Source: Callorhinchus milii (lineage: Eukaryota). From it: DNA of 64,000 nucleotides. Of the stretch, positions 62,601-64,000 are shown in pieces. The translations under genes and the position numbers were made by a program. The notes below the pieces were generated by a model. It worked only from the letters and a program-made list of their open reading frames with translations, was not told where the DNA came from and ran no database searches. Numbering within the stretch: the first letter of the stretch is position 1; each line of letters opens with the position of its first letter. The stretch spans positions 89,902,001 through 89,966,000 of the forward strand of contig NW_024704742.1 of assembly GCF_018977255.1 (NCBI RefSeq), given 5' to 3'.

Positions 62601-64000
62601 TCTGTTTACATTGAGGCTATTATTGCTGTCAGCCACGCAGCAGTTACAGATGCAGACAAAGAATTCTGTCATATTCCTTAAACATATTGCCTATACAACC
62701 ATAGATCTCCTGCACAAGGACACACTCCCACAGTCTCTCAGCCCCCGCTATCTTTCTGTTCTACTGCTCCAATGTTTGGCCCAGTTTTCATAGTAGTTTC
62801 CATCTGTTCTGATTACCTGCCCTTCATGATCACATGGTTCTGAATCTCCATCTCTCCTTTTTCCTCTCTGAGTATTAATTGTTTCCCTCTGGGGTCTATT
62901 ACACGCCATGTGCAAACACATGTCTACAGTGGGAATTACAGTTGCCCTTAATTATGTAACTTACAACCACATTAAAATGGTTATTAATTATATAATAAAA
63001 TCCCTTTCACCCCTTGTTAATTGCATAATTAGGAGCATTTGTAATTTCCTCAGTGCACATGTATATACACAAGGTTAACACAAGCCACAGAATAGATGCC
63101 ACTGTCTGTTTTTTGTCCATTCTTGTCTATTTCTCTCAAATCAAGTGCCCCTTAGTTACTCGTGTTATCCTAAGAAAACTTTCTCTTCAACAGATGTCTC
63201 TTCTGATCCATTCTCTGGGAGTTGACGTCTAAGGTCAAGAATGACTGTATCAGTTCTTACAACATCAAGACCTAGTTAATGTTTTTTGGTGGACATTTGC
63301 CAACAAAATACACAATCAAATCACTTTACAGTAAATCCTATGAAGCGCTTTGTGATGTCTCGACAATGTAGTAAGACGCCATATCAAATGGAAGGATTAT
63401 CATTATTATTACTGTCTTAGAAAGAGCTGGCTGTCCACCGGGGCTTGAAAACTGCCATTGTACTGATGGAAATCATCCAAGCCACCCATCACCACAACCA
63501 CAAGATCATAAGATCGCAAGATTGGTTCAGAAGAAACCCCTTCGGCCCATTTGTTCTTATCCTTCCAGAATATCCATCCTACCATCTTCCCAACACAACA
63601 TAAAGCCACTTTTTAAATGAATCCAGCATTCTGGTCTCAACTTCCCATTCTGCATACGTGTTCCAATCATTATTACTCTCTGGATAAATAATTATTTCCC
63701 GGTGTCTGTCCTGAAATTGGCCTTTGCAATTCTAAACCTATGTCCTCTTGTTTTGAGTAACCTAAAGTATTATTCTGTGTTTATTTTTTAATCTCATTTA
63801 AAATATTGTATTCTCATTTTCTCATTTAAAAATCCATAAACAACAACAATAACAAAGTTACATTTGTATAGCGCCTTTCACATCTTACAAAGCTGAAAAA
63901 GCCCCTGCTTGTGTGATTGTTCACAGCTCATTCCTCTAACACTGGGGATTATTCTCGTTACTCTTTTCTGCAAGTATCTCAGGCCAGAGCTAGCTCCTTA

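Noticed and set aside
53345..64000. Further upstream ADAMTSL1 exons (e.g. ORF 60862-61047 minus)
   Set aside because: No Ig or TSP1 pattern with suitable phase-1 splice sites found by eye. The next exon probably lies beyond the window.

Overview
Vertebrate genomic DNA: AT-rich, intron-dominated and dense in SINE/LINE remnants. The repeat landscape (tRNA/Deu-type SINEs with L2 tails, CR1 and L2 LINE fragments, Penelope-type remnants) suggests a cartilaginous fish; this is inference. Two spliced genes converge tail-to-tail. On + is a SAXO/FAM154 axonemal-microtubule stabiliser, probably SAXO1 by synteny, with 3 coding exons at 16368-22083; its short first coding exon was not found. On - are the last 8 coding exons of ADAMTSL1 (Ig, linker, Ig, TSP1 repeats, PLAC) at 53344-29054. 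All exons were assembled by hand with canonical GT-AG sites and consistent phases. Nearly all other listed ORFs are TE debris or chance. I see no convincing novel multi-gene system. The most interesting unexplained items are: an unclassified ~290-bp structured dispersed repeat (3 copies); two young CR1 copies sharing the same frameshift; modular SINE subfamilies; a 153-bp local duplication fused to a SINE tail; palindromic MITEs; a degenerate hammerhead-type Penelope remnant; and a promoter-like or recursive-splice-like site upstream of the SAXO exons. Repeat family names come from recalled consensus sequences, not a database search, and repeat boundaries are approximate.
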